The notes beneath the pieces are model-generated. The model searched no databases. It was not told the origin of the DNA and saw only the letters and a list, made by a program, of their open reading frames with translations. A program made the position numbers and the translations under genes. A stretch of DNA of 64,000 nt from Botryllus schlosseri (taxonomy: Eukaryota): the NCBI GenBank assembly GCA_051294905.1, contig CM119376.1:14322001-14386000 (forward strand), given 5' to 3'. Shown here one piece after another: positions 1 to 12,044 of the stretch. Position 1 is the stretch's first letter; the number at the start of each line of letters is the position of its first letter.

Positions 1-1421
1 CAGATAAACGTGCTACCGCCGAGAGTCGTGTACAGTCCTTTGTTCCAGAAGCTGTGGATTTAACCGACCACTCCAACTCGAATAATATTCTTCTCCTCCT
101 TGGCAATATCGAGAGAAGAAGCGTTTCGGAGTCGAACCAAGCAGCTTGTCGTGCTAACTTGCCCATTACCCACTACCCCCACATGTAGGCTACTCTGGCT
201 ACTAATACAATGCACCGCACGAAAACACCTGACAGAAGCTATAGGTCTAAGTGGCAACCCACACAATCAGGGCTGAAAAGCACTTCGTCAGCCCACCCCC
301 AAAAAATAACGCTGGTCTTGCCCCCCCTGCAAAACTAGTGCCACTGAGAATCTGGAGTGCAGTGCATCGTGTCAGTAACAAATTTAACCATACACGTTCG
401 GTGCGTGACAATTCAGGGGTACGACTGTTTCAAGCTAACAAGAATAAATGCACAGAAGATATGATTACATACGGGAAAGCGCGCATTCAATAACTAATTC
501 CTCTCTATTATATCCAACACCATGGGGTTCGGGCATCGAATTGACTAGCTTGCCTCGCGAAAATTGTTCGTGGACTATAACGGCGTTCTGGGATGCGTTT
601 CTCTATTTAGGATAACAGATCCTTACAGCACACACGATCATACGCAGGATTTAATTCCAATTCACATGCACCCACAATAACACACTGTTGAATTTCGCCT
701 TATGATTAAAAAGCTATCACCTAAGGACGGGCATTTGCTCGTCTAATTCAAAGAGGAGACTGCCTGTTATATCTCTGCGTGCTCACCTCCAAATCGACAT
801 GTGCAAGTGCAACAAGGTCACGTTTATCCTTTGGCGTCGCTGCATTTAATTCAGTGTTGCTTAAACTTTCTCCCATCGCGCACCACTAATTTGTTTTTTT
901 ACCACTGTGGTACGCGTATCACACTTTGAGAAGGCTACTTAATGGCTAAATACTCATTAGTGAATTTGCTCAGCTCACATAAGCATTAGTCCCATTTTGT
1001 GAAATACATAGTGATCAATATTTTTCGAACCGCTCTCTTGGCCACCGATGTTGTGCTGATGACGAAATCCCGGATATGACGAATAAACACGTTCCAGAAT
1101 ATAGTAAAGTAATGCACGGCATATCTCGAATACCCAGATTTAGTGCGCTGTATGTGAACAATTTGAACATTCTTAGTTTTAAAAAGGTGGCGCCAACGAG
1201 GCAACAATTCTTAATTTTTAGAACGATTAGCGTACAACTTTGTGAATTCAGTCAAAAGTATTAGCATGGCATGTCAGAGTCGGAGCTACTTGTCAAACAA
1301 CCGGCTCCAGCTCTGGCTCCGGCTCCGTACTCCAAAGCCCTGGCTGCAACTGGTCGTTTCGGCTTCCTCCTATTTGTTCGTTACGTCGAATTGTGCCATG
1401 CTTGTATCGCATTGCACGTTG

Positions 1422-2386
1422 TAGGGGAGATGTGGTACCGATGGATCACTGGGACCGAAAATACTTTGAAAATTCTCTATGATAATTCCATGATTACACT
1501 CCGTGAACTTATCTACAATTGCATGCTGGCAAAATCTTTCCTCACATACAAAAAAATTCGACGTGCGCGAGCTATGGGGTCTCTCACAGATGTTTTTTGT
1601 TTTGGGGGGTGTAAACTAAATTTAGATCGACATATACATTTTTCTTTGTAACCTTCAACACGAACAAACCAGCACTCATTTTTATTGTGAAGTGTAGGGC
1701 TTGTATCAGGCTATATAATGGCACCTATCATTTTTTTCAGTACTTTTCTTGAGTGGACTTTTTTCGATTTATGTATAAAATGCGTAGGGTGGGGACCGAT
1801 GATACAATAGCTAAATCAAGCAAAATAATCAAGCATACTAATCATGAAACAAATGAAACATGTCTACGTACAGAAAATCTTTATGTAATAATTGCATATG
1901 ATGTTTTATCGCTATAACGAGGTATTTGGAAGTCACACTGTCGATTTTCGGGCAATATGTATGTACCCTCAAATTTATAAGTCCGAGCCTAAATCGAAAC
2001 GTGACTTTATGACAACATTTGAGTTAATATTTATTCTATTTTTTGACAGTTGCGACCAAACATTCTTCTTTGGCTTGCTGTAGCTTAGATTATAATACTG
2101 AGCAAGAAAAGTAGTCACATCTGAGTTTTTTAGGGTATATGTGTCATAGGTCCCCGGGTCCTGTGCCATTGGACCCCCCGGGTGGGGACCGATGACACGT
2201 TCGAGCAACAAATTTTGAATGTCCATAAATATTTTTTGAAAAGACGGATATTCATGTATATGTGCGCGATAGGTAGAGCTTGTATCAAAGTGCTGAGCCA
2301 GCAAAAGATCTGCTGTTTTCGGCTGAACATTTCGGGGCCAGCGATCATTTTCCAATTTTTGATCCATCGGTACCACATCTCCCCTA
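1422..2386. mobile_element. Non-autonomous DNA transposon (MITE)
   Basis: 27-bp TIR TAGGGGAGATGTGGTACCGATGGATCA (1422-1448, 2360-2386); internal GGGGACC repeats; ends in TA, no 8-bp TSD seen. Confidence 0.75.
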
Positions 2387-2395
2387 TGCCTTGAT

Positions 2396-2685
2396 AATAG
2401 TACATTGAGCGTAAGCGCTCTCTTCGCCCCGAATATTCGAACTTACATGCGGGTGACGTCATATTTTGTGATACGATTGTTGATATATACAATGTTCTTT
2501 ATATAATTCCATAGTATATTGAATTATTCATATATGAAATGAACCCGAATATTTTCAGCTGACACTCGTCAGGGGTAATCGTCAGCAACTAGAATTCAGA
2601 TGAACATCGTATATCAACAATGGTATCCCAAAATATGACGTCACCAGAATGAAATGTCGAATACGAGAGCGTTCAATGTACTATT
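2396..2685. repeat. Foldback element with about 85-100 bp imperfect arms around a hammerhead
   Basis: Arms 2396-2497 and 2602-2685 (aatagtacattgagcg...gtgacgtcatattttg and its reverse complement). Confidence 0.7.
2543..2586 (-). ncRNA. Minimal type I hammerhead ribozyme, same family as 5161
   Basis: Minus strand reads gctgacgatt-ACCC-CTGACGA-G(TGTCAGC)T-GAAA-ATAT-TC-GGGT; G-U closing pair in stem II. Confidence 0.72.
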
Positions 2686-3169
2686 TTTAGATGGTACACA
2701 AACTCTTTTTTTGACACAGCCTTGGCTGGTGTACTTTGATAAAAGTCGACTCCAAGTTACACAAATGAAAGTGTGAACGGTAGGGGTCTTCAAAAATGAC
2801 TTTTTTTTCTCAAATCGTACTGGCTACTTGATAAAATTGTTAGGTTACCTAATTTAAGCCTACACACCAAATTTGGTTCAATTCCAACCAGTAGCCATAT
2901 TGCTACAGGAGAAGAAAGTTTCTGTTTATTATATAAAAATAAACAACAAAAAAATTTGGATTTGAATAAAATAGTATTTACGGTGGGCACTATAATAAAT
3001 AATTAAAGAATTGGTCACCGTAAATACTATTTTATTCATAATCCAAATTTTTCGACGGCAATAACTCCGCTTCCACTGGTTGGAATCGAACCAAATTTGG
3101 TGAACATCGTTTCTATAGACAACCTAACACTTTTCTCTCCCGCTATGAAACACCTTCAAAATCTATACA

Positions 3170-4330
3170 GAGCAATACCTGCTTTTGCGTAAAATCTGCT
3201 TCGCAGGTAGGCTGGATGTCATATCAGCCTATGCATATTCGGCTACTTCGAGAACGAAATTACTACCCTATCATAGAGTGTCACCCTTGAGACTTCACAT
3301 ACAGTTAGATCACATATAATTCAAATATGCCATACGAAACTGTACATCTATCTCGGTAAGGAACACCGCCAAACTCTAGCACAGGGCAATACCGGCATTT
3401 GCGTAAAGTTTATTATGCGATAGCTTACTTTGCGCACATCGATACAATATACACGTAACTTGGATAACGAAATTACTACACCAATCATCTGATTGACAAC
3501 CTTGAAATTTTACTGTGTTACTTGCAGAGAGAGATGACGAGATTTCGTATGTAATATTTACATTAGGTATTCTTACTCTGTACGAAGTGTGGTATCAAGT
3601 TTGTTACTCTGGGATTAGGGCAGTAACACTGTTACTGAACTCAAGTGTATATAGAGGTGTGCGCTGATATGACATCCGGCCTACCTACGGAACATATTTT
3701 ACTCCAAAGCCGGTATTGCTACGTATTGATTTTGAACGTGTTTCATAGCGAGAGCGATGACAAGATTTCCTATTTATTATTCGTATTAAGCGTTCTAACT
3801 CTGTGCGAAGTTTCGAGGCTGTTACTCCGCGATAAGGGTAGTAATTTCGTTATCGAAGTCGAGTATGCAAGATGCATAGGTGAGCCCGGCCTAGCCTACC
3901 CCAACCCAGCCTATAGCGCATAACATAGGGTTACCATATTTTGGAATCGGGAAAGGAGGACACTTTAGCCGCCGGAGAGTTACTTCAGTGCTGATTTACT
4001 GTATATAAGTCGAATTTGCCCTACCTTTCTCAAAAAAAGAGGACAAAATCTCAAAAAGAGGACATTTAGGCGTCCTCGGAGGACATTTTCAAAAACCTAA
4101 AGGAGGACGTATGGTTACCCTAGCTGCTAGGGCCTAGCATAACATATTTTGCGCAAAAGCCGGTATCGGTCTTTGTAGATTTTGACGGTGTTGCTTACAG
4201 AGATGGGTGACTAGTGTCCAATTGTATATCTTGATGACATCATCTAACGCTGTAGCAAGTTACAAGATTACTACTAACGGATTAGGGTAGTAATTTTGTT
4301 ATCGAAGTCGACTACGTATGACCGTGTCAT
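3170..4330. repeat. Cluster of about 180-bp dispersed repeats in both orientations
   Basis: Motifs gcaaaagccggtat and gggtagtaatttcgttatcgaagtcga recur at about 3700-3870 and 4150-4315 (+) and 3240-3400 (-); another copy at 12000-12044/14048-14175. Confidence 0.6.
3926..4122. mobile_element. TAGGG-TIR MITE with GAGGACA repeats; relatives at 31279-31644 and about 62290-62400
   Basis: tagggttaccata...tatggttacccta; the same internal ggcgtcctcggaggacattt occurs in the other copies. Confidence 0.7.
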
Positions 4331-4859
4331 CTTTGGCGTATGCAAAAAATAAGATTTCATTTTTGGAAATATTGGCATCGCAATGAATTCATAGATTCGA
4401 ATTAACAATGTAAAACGCTTCAGTTTGGTCTTTCTTATGAAACGGAAGTCACAAACATGTAGTATCCACACCGTGCCATCAAACAGCAAGATTTAAATCC
4501 GAATTGAAAACGATGCAGGAGACCAAATTTACCCGATACAAAACCGAGTGCTTCTTCACCATCTATTCTCAATAGTCGATTCACTATGCGTGCAAAATTA
4601 CTGGCATTTACACAGGTCATAAATCACTTGACACGTTCGGAACACAGCCTTCACTACCGAAACAATTGTTAGAAATCATGAGTGACTTTAATAATAACAC
4701 TGGACAACAAAAAATTTCATCATGGTAGGTTAAAACGATTTTAGGGTAAATCGTGAGCGCTGAGCTCGAAAATGGCATTGTTTTTTTGCAGATTGGCTCT
4801 ATTTTTCAAGATATCAGCGAATTCACACGTTTTATTATATTTTATTTTATTCTAACTAG

Positions 4860-5230
4860 ATTACATTTTATCCTAACAGCCACGAGAATTTGAGAAATGT
4901 AAAACACAATTATATCGGCGGAACGAAACTGTGCTGTATAAATCTAATCTTTTCCACATATCGAACACAAAAATACCCCATTTATTAGTATTTTCATCGG
5001 ATTCCCCTATTATATTGCAGTTTGTGACAATAAGCTTCCCATACCGATAAATGTGCTTGATGTGAAAAACAAGATTCGCGATAGGCAGCTGGCAGTAATT
5101 AGTCATAACGTGAGCATCCCAACTGTCATGATATTTCTCTTCCGTTTCTCTTCCATTATTGCTGACGATTACCCCTGACGAGAGTCAGCCGAAAATATTC
5201 GGGTTCATTTCAATATGAATATACTATTCA
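4860..5230 (+). pseudogene. Decayed 3' end of a Penelope-like element (GIY-YIG remnant plus hammerhead)
   Basis: NYIGGTK at about 4905-4927 resembles YIGET; hammerhead 250 nt downstream in the same orientation as in the intact element. Confidence 0.4.
5161..5204 (+). ncRNA. Minimal type I hammerhead ribozyme, canonical core
   Basis: ACCC-CTGACGA-G(AGTCAGC)C-GAAA-ATAT-TC-GGGT: stem I ACCC/GGGT, palindromic stem III ATAT, predicted cleavage after 5200. Confidence 0.8.
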
Positions 5231-5264
5231 ATCTTCCATTTATGTGATTTATAGGAGAATCCTT

Positions 5265-5975
5265 TCAGCTCGTTCCTCACTCATAATTCCCGCATTTTCG
5301 TGTAAGCGATGATACTGAACTTTTATGCTCATGCTTATATTCTTGATCCAAGAATGTTCGTGAACATCACTTCCACGTTATCCCATAGCTTCTTTTTTGT
5401 CGTCTCAACACAAGTCAAGACCTTCGTCGCTTAGCTGAGCTTGAGTAGAAGGCATTGGTTCACTCTGTATTCGTAATAATGTTGAGGACTCGGTTTTAAT
5501 GCATTTTCTACAGCATATACTATTGCTATCTTCATCTTCCACTACATCCTATATCGTAGCATCATTCGAAATCAGATCTGACAGGGAAGTAAAGCTGCAA
5601 CTGGAATTTCAGGGGAGTTTGTAATTGGCTGCAAAGCAGAGAAAATGCTATGGAAGCGCTATGACTTCTTGTTTCTGTTCCAACCTTACATCTCATTCAT
5701 GTAAATATATCAATCATCATGGTGGCTCTTTGGCTCGCACAAAACTGGGGGGTATTACAAATTGCAACATTGACTTTACCTTGAGCCCATAAGCGCGAAG
5801 TTTCAGCTTAATACTGGCGCACCGTTTGCGGTGCCTGGCGTTCATCTTGATCTTCCAACGTCAGACCAAAGTACTCCTCGTAAGTGCATCTTGGTGACAT
5901 TTCACATATTGAATCGCTTCATGTTCAACGTGTCTTCGTAACATATGTAGCAAAACAAATCTAGGTCATGACGAC
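5265..5975 (-). pseudogene. Decayed, internally deleted CMC/Chapaev3-like transposase
   Basis: Frameshifted pieces in the expected order: LFCYICYE, YEEYFGLTLEDQDERQAP, LWAQGK, EPKSHHDD, SMSIKVQ...ENAGIMSEERAER. Family assignment is from recalled motifs. Confidence 0.6.
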
Positions 5976-6892
5976 CATAGGCGCCGACTTTTATTTTTGC
6001 ATGGGGTGGCGGCAAGCGCGTAGCCAGGGGGGTGTCGAAACCCCCTCCTTTTGAAACGCAAAACACGGTCTTTCCGAAATGACCATTCTGATGTTAATAT
6101 TCAGTTGCAATTCAACATGTCGTATTATCAGTGCTACGCGGGGCTGCGACCAATTAGCGAGATTCGTCTGTGCACGCGACGCGATCTCACGCTGAGATCA
6201 TTGCGAAATTAGGTTATTGATTGCCGAGAGCTCGGCATTCATCGCTGGACTGAGCAGTAACACGGCGCAACAATTCTGGAACACGAAAGACAGACAAGAA
6301 ATATGATTACAAACGCATGCGGCCAATCAGTAATTATTAAAGCGAGTTTTTGCTGCAGTTAAATCCGTGGAAAGTTGCATTTATTTTTGACAAAAGTTGC
6401 AGTAAAAAGTTGCATTTATTTTTTCACAAAGGTTGCACTAAAAGACTACATATTGCTCAGTTGACTAAAAAAGGTCAACTTCCCAGTTCCATTCCCGAAA
6501 AACAGTTTTCCGTTCGCATTCTCTATTGATTGACTAAAAAAAGGTCAACTTTCCGGCTCAGCTCCCGAAATACCAGTAAGAGTGTTACTTCAGTGCTGAT
6601 TTACTGTATTTCAGTCGAATTCGGCCGTGTATTCCACCAAAATTCTCAAAGAATCGAAAAAACTTTCATGAAAAATCGAAAAAGTTGCAAAATGTTGCAA
6701 AAAGTTGCATGAAAAAAATGGACAAAAGTTGCACTATAAGATTCCTTCAAACAGCTTAAAACAGCATTCTACATATCTTCCGAGTATTTAGGAAGCTGCC
6801 GGAAGCTGTAAAAAAAGTTGCAAAAGTTACAAAAACTTGCCCTAGTAATTATCCCTTACCGCCGACACAATGGGTTTTCAGTATTGAGTAGC

Positions 6893-7260
6893 TCGCATCG
6901 CGACAATTGGTTGCTGATTAAAACATCGATTTTGACTGCATTGATGCATTTCCCGATTTAGGTTCGCAAATCATAATTGGATTGATATTATGGGCACTGG
7001 AATAAATTCCAACTACCAGGCACACACAATATAACACTGTTCAACTTGCGCTCAGAGAATATTTATCACAAAAATGGTTCACAAAATAATTTAAACGCGG
7101 CTTGTGGCCCTCATCGATGCCAATATTGCACTTTGATTTAAAGAAGGTGAAGGTATATTTGGTCGTCAAATCGCGAGAAGAGATGGTGTTTCTCAGAGCG
7201 CGCGATGAAATCTAAGTTCCTAGCGATGAGGTCGAATTTTTACATCTCATAGCGATCGTT
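6893..7260 (+). repeat. Dispersed repeat; second copy at 8178-8355 plus 10299-10460, split by the AAGTC MITE
   Basis: catcgcgacaattg...tgcatttcccgat shared; similarity resumes after the TSD. Confidence 0.6.
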
Positions 7261-8355
7261 ACTTTGCTGAAATCAGTATCAGCACGCTGTGCGAAATACA
7301 TAGAAGTGATCAATTTTTATCGGACTGTACAATCAGCCGGTAAGGTTGCGCTGATACCGAAATTGCAGACATGCCGCAAACCCGCAATAATTACAATTAC
7401 AGGGTGCGCTAGTCATACCTAAATACCCAGATGCAGCAATGACAACGAGTACAATTTGTTGAGAAGCGGACATAAGTTTTAATCAAAAAGATACATAAAC
7501 ACTAACAATATTACAGTCAGAGATTGGTACTGTTTGGCGAAAGTGTTTCTGCGGACGGTAGTAGGCCTGCGCCTGCATGCGGACACGCTAAATCAAATCA
7601 CCGACGATAGTGCACATGAGATATCGATGACCCATTTCGCATACAAATGATTCTCGCTAATTTGCAGCACGCAGCATCGATAATACGAATTGCGAATTGA
7701 CATTTCATTTTCAGTCCCAAATAAGAAACTCACTGGCTACGCACGTAGTGTTTTAGTACCGACAACGCGCTGGTTAATATCAGCCCGGGGCCTACGGCCT
7801 ACGTAGGGACCTATCAGCCAGTCGAATTTGATCGTGAAATGGTGTGATTTTAATTATCAAGGTGTTATTGCAGCAAGAGCAATATGGGCGCATGCCCATA
7901 TAGAAGGTTCCCGCTCAAACTAATCGATTAAATTCAGAATTTGCGCCACAGAGAATCTCTTGTTGCATCAATATTTGACAGCGTAATTCAACGCCATGCA
8001 CTGCACAATGCGCAGTATTAATAACAAATCAAACACTGACAATAGGTGACATCGAGGGAATACGAAGGTATAAAGCAGACAAGAATTAGTAGCCTACAGA
8101 TGATAGCAAACGAGAAAGCGCGCATCTAATCAGTAATTTCTCAACTGGTGTACAGCACAATGAGGTTCCGAGTCTGACATCGCGACAATTGTTTGCTCAT
8201 TATAACGACGTTTGAGCTGCATTGCTGCATTTCCCGATAAAAGTTAGCAAAGCCTTGTTAGAGTAATGAATATGCGCACTTTGCGCAGGAATGACTTTCT
8301 ATTCGCAGGCATACTCAAACACACTTTCCTATTTCGCGCTCCAATTAAAAAGACT

Positions 8356-10290
8356 CAGTGTTGGGATGACTCGAGTCATGACTTGACTCGAGTCAGACTC
8401 GAGTCACATTTTTCGTATGACTTGACTTGACTCGAGTCACTTTGCTAAAATGACTTGACTTGACTTGACTCGGCGTATCAGAAATGTGGATTGACTCGTG
8501 ACTCGGAGCCAGTGTTGGGATCAAGTCACTACCTTCGAGTCACGAGTCATTTCGAGTCATTGCACATTTTGACTCGAGTCAAGTCAAGTCAATCGATTTT
8601 CGAAGGTGACTCGAGTCAAGTCAAGTCACTCAATTTTTGGAGGTGACTCGAGTCAAGTCAAGTCAAGTCAAGTCACGAGTCAAGTCACAAGTCAAGTCAA
8701 GTTGCCTTTTCCAAGTATGAAGCATGATTATGTCATTGCATTTTGCTAGCTGTCTAAAATACAGGTTGATCGGTCATTGATTTCGAACCGGTGAACGAAT
8801 ATAGAGTTAAATATACACGCAAGAAGGCGCTGTATCGCTCACATATAGGCTACGTAGAACTGCTTAACTACGTAAGTAATTGCATAGCCTCAGTTTGTAG
8901 TTACCATCCAAAATAGAGAATAGAGAAACGAATTGATAGGATGCAATACATTACCCATTCACAAATTGATATGATACAATTCGAGCCTGCGCCTTTTGGT
9001 GAGAACTATATGTAAACCATATTCGAATTCAATTTCAGTATAACAAGAGATTTGGTTAAGGTAAGAACAGAGAAGAGAAATATACATTTTGCTATTAAAT
9101 TATCTTATTATACTAGTTTACGACAAAGGAAGCTTTAAGCTTCGACTTCGTTTGCGGTCAATATATTTGTGAGAGTGAGAGACCAATGTAGGCTCAGTAA
9201 AACGCACGATCATTGAATGATTGGTCGCTCTCGCGAGTTAAATCAGCGTTTCGCGAACAATCCGAACGTACGCAAGATACAGTGATTTTTATCGACACTG
9301 ATTACTTGATGACTTGAAATTAACTCGTGAATTTTGCTCCGAGTCACGAGTCAATCCACATTTCTGATACGCCGAGTCAAGTCAAGTCAAGTCATTTTGG
9401 CAAAGTGACTCGAGTCAAGTCAAGTCATACGAAAAAGGTGACTCGAGTCAGACTCGAGTCAAGTCATGACTCGAGTCATCCCAACACTGCTCGGAGCTAA
9501 TATTCACGAGTCAATTTCAAGTCATCAAGTAAACGGTGTCGATAAAAATCACTGTATCTCGTTCGGATTTTTCGCGAAACGCTGGTGTACCCCGTGAGAG
9601 CGACCAATCAGTCAATTATCGTGCGTTTTACTGAGCCACCATTGTTCTCTAACAAATAAATTGACCGCAAACGAAGTGATCGAAGCTTACAGCTTACGTT
9701 GTCGTAAACTATTAGTAGAGTAATTTAGTAGCAAAATGTCCATTTCTGTTCTCTGTTCTTACCTCAACCAATTGAAATTGAATTCGAAGTCGTCAACCAC
9801 TAGCACAGGCTCGAATTGTATCATATCAATTTGTAAATGGGTAATGTATTGCATCTTATCAATTCGTTTCTCCATTCTCTATTCTATATTTTGGCTGGTA
9901 ACTATAAAATGTGGCTATGCAATTACTACTAGTTAAGCAGTTCTACGTATATGTGAACGATACAGCGCCTTATTGTGTGTACATTTAACTCATTATTCGT
10001 TCATCGGTTCGAAATCAATGACCAATAAATCTGTATTTCAGACAGCTCGCAAAATGCAATGACGTAATCATGCCTTATACTACGAAAAGGCAACTGGACT
10101 TGAATTTTGACTTGACTCGTGACTTGACTTGACTTGACTCGACTTGAATCGAGTCACTTCCAAAAATCGAGTGACTTGACTTGACTCGAGTCACTTTCGA
10201 AAATCGATTGACTTGACTTGACTCGAGTCAAAATGTGCAATGACTCGAAATGACTCGTGACTCGAAGGTAGTGACTTGATCCCAACACTG
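8356..10290 (-). mobile_element. hAT-type MITE with AAGTC/GAGTC subterminal arrays (outer copy)
   Basis: TIR CAGTGTTGGGAT; perfect 8-bp TSD AAAAGACT (8348-55, 10291-98). Confidence 0.92.
8510..9489 (+). mobile_element. Same-family hAT MITE nested in opposite orientation
   Basis: TIR CAGTGTTGGGAT; perfect TSD CTCGGAGC (8502-09, 9490-97). Confidence 0.92.
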
Positions 10291-12044
10291 AAAAGACTAT
10301 CACGAAACTTCTCAAGAATTATTTTGTAAACGAATATGCGCGCAAATACAACTTAATTGAGAGAAGTAGAACGTCAATTCGTTCCTCTGGTCAAGAGAGG
10401 AGATGATGTTTCTCAGCGCGAGCGTGTCGAAATCGACGCCGTCAACGAGGTCGCTTCGATTGTATGATTAGTGATTACTAATTTAATCACGGATTACACT
10501 TTATTTGGGCGTTTTAAGCACTAGTTCGTCGTCGCCGACGAAGCTGAGTATTCAATTATTCACGCATGTATCGGTTAATGGTAAATTGTTGGCATTTACG
10601 CGACAGCGCAGACGGCGGGCGTTTAAGCATTTTGCATGGGGTGGCCGCCACCCCATAATTGTGTCATGGGGTGGTTGCGCCACCCCGCCACCCCGTAACT
10701 CGACGCCTATGATTACGACACTTACTCTGTCTAGCTATATCACTCATTTTTTTAACATACTTAAAACACCCATGAATTGAAGTATCTGAAAATGATAGCA
10801 AGGGATAGTACCTAATATTAAAAAGCGTCGGAAGCGTTTTAAATTTGAGCCCACTGATCATCGGTGATGAGATAAGTGCAATTTGACTCTTTCTGTAGCT
10901 CAAATAAGGGGGGTAGGTAATCTACAACGCACATGTTAGTACTAGATGGGAGATGATATAAACTATCTAAGCCCATATTCAACTCCTTAAGCGCGAGTTA
11001 ACCTTTAGTACCCACAAACATACTATTTTCATGGCATATGTAGAAAGAGACAATATCTTAAAAAATAGAGCCAATTCGGCAAAATTAATGCCCCTTTCGG
11101 ACTCTGCGCCCCTGATAAACCCCTGGATCGATCTCACATGTGCATAACATGATTTTTGATGCCGTGTGTAATCAATATTTATAATACGAAAAATTATCCA
11201 CCCGGCGATGATAAACTAGAAAAGGGCTGCATCTACATATGTATGTATGGTACGTATAGATCTGGAGGCCTTTTACATCATGTCTGATCATTGATGAAAC
11301 TATGTTCCTATTGGGCAACACGACACAATTTATGAGTTAATGAACAATGAACATGCAGACAGTTTTCAAGTGCAAGTTAAAGGGGAATGGAATTTGGAAT
11401 ATTGCACACTGAGCTAAAGGTAGCCTGGGTCACGCGTGACGGCTACATAATATAACAAAATGCATGAGCCCTGATAACAGAAAAATACCTAGTAATCGCG
11501 CTAAATTTTAAATTAGGGCCCGCTTTCACAGATTCCGAAATATGCTGATTAAAACTATGGCGTGCAAGTGCAGAGATCATATACTTCCTAATTGCTTAAT
11601 ATCATCTACTTCCTAAAGGCTGTATATCATCTATATCTCAATCGCTATATTGATCAATCCACAGATTGGAGGTAAATCCATGATTTAATCACTGGACTTT
11701 TTCGCCTTTTCATTCACCTTTCATGGACCAATTGGATAGTAGTATGCGGACTTCCGAAGGATTCATGGACCCTAATTTAAGAATTCTGCTTTACACACTT
11801 GTTTCGTCGCTTTATACAAACTCCTTCCAATTCTTGTTGACGTTTTTATCAAAATCTTTCATAAAAATCAATATTTATAGAAAGCCATATTTTTGGCATT
11901 TAAAGTTTTTATTTTTGGCAGTTTTGGAATTTGGTTCCCGAAATGTCAAAAATAACACGGCTTGGAGGTGCGGGCAGCTTCGCGCATATCGGATTTTTCG
12001 TAAAAGCCGGTATCAGTCTATGTAGATTCTGACGGTGTTGCATA

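Noticed and set aside
60-493. ORFs 60-266 (-) and 251-493 (+), including a Rossmann-like IRVGVVG
   Set aside because: The motif is followed immediately by a stop codon; no convincing exon structure or family signature.
1056-1067. CTGATGA-C-GAAA hammerhead-like core
   Set aside because: No room for stem II and no stem I pairing.
8360-10290. Regularly spaced GACTCGAGTC/AAGTC repeats resembling a CRISPR array
   Set aside because: These are subterminal repeats of a TIR element with 8-bp TSDs; no constant repeat-spacer period, no cas genes, eukaryotic context.
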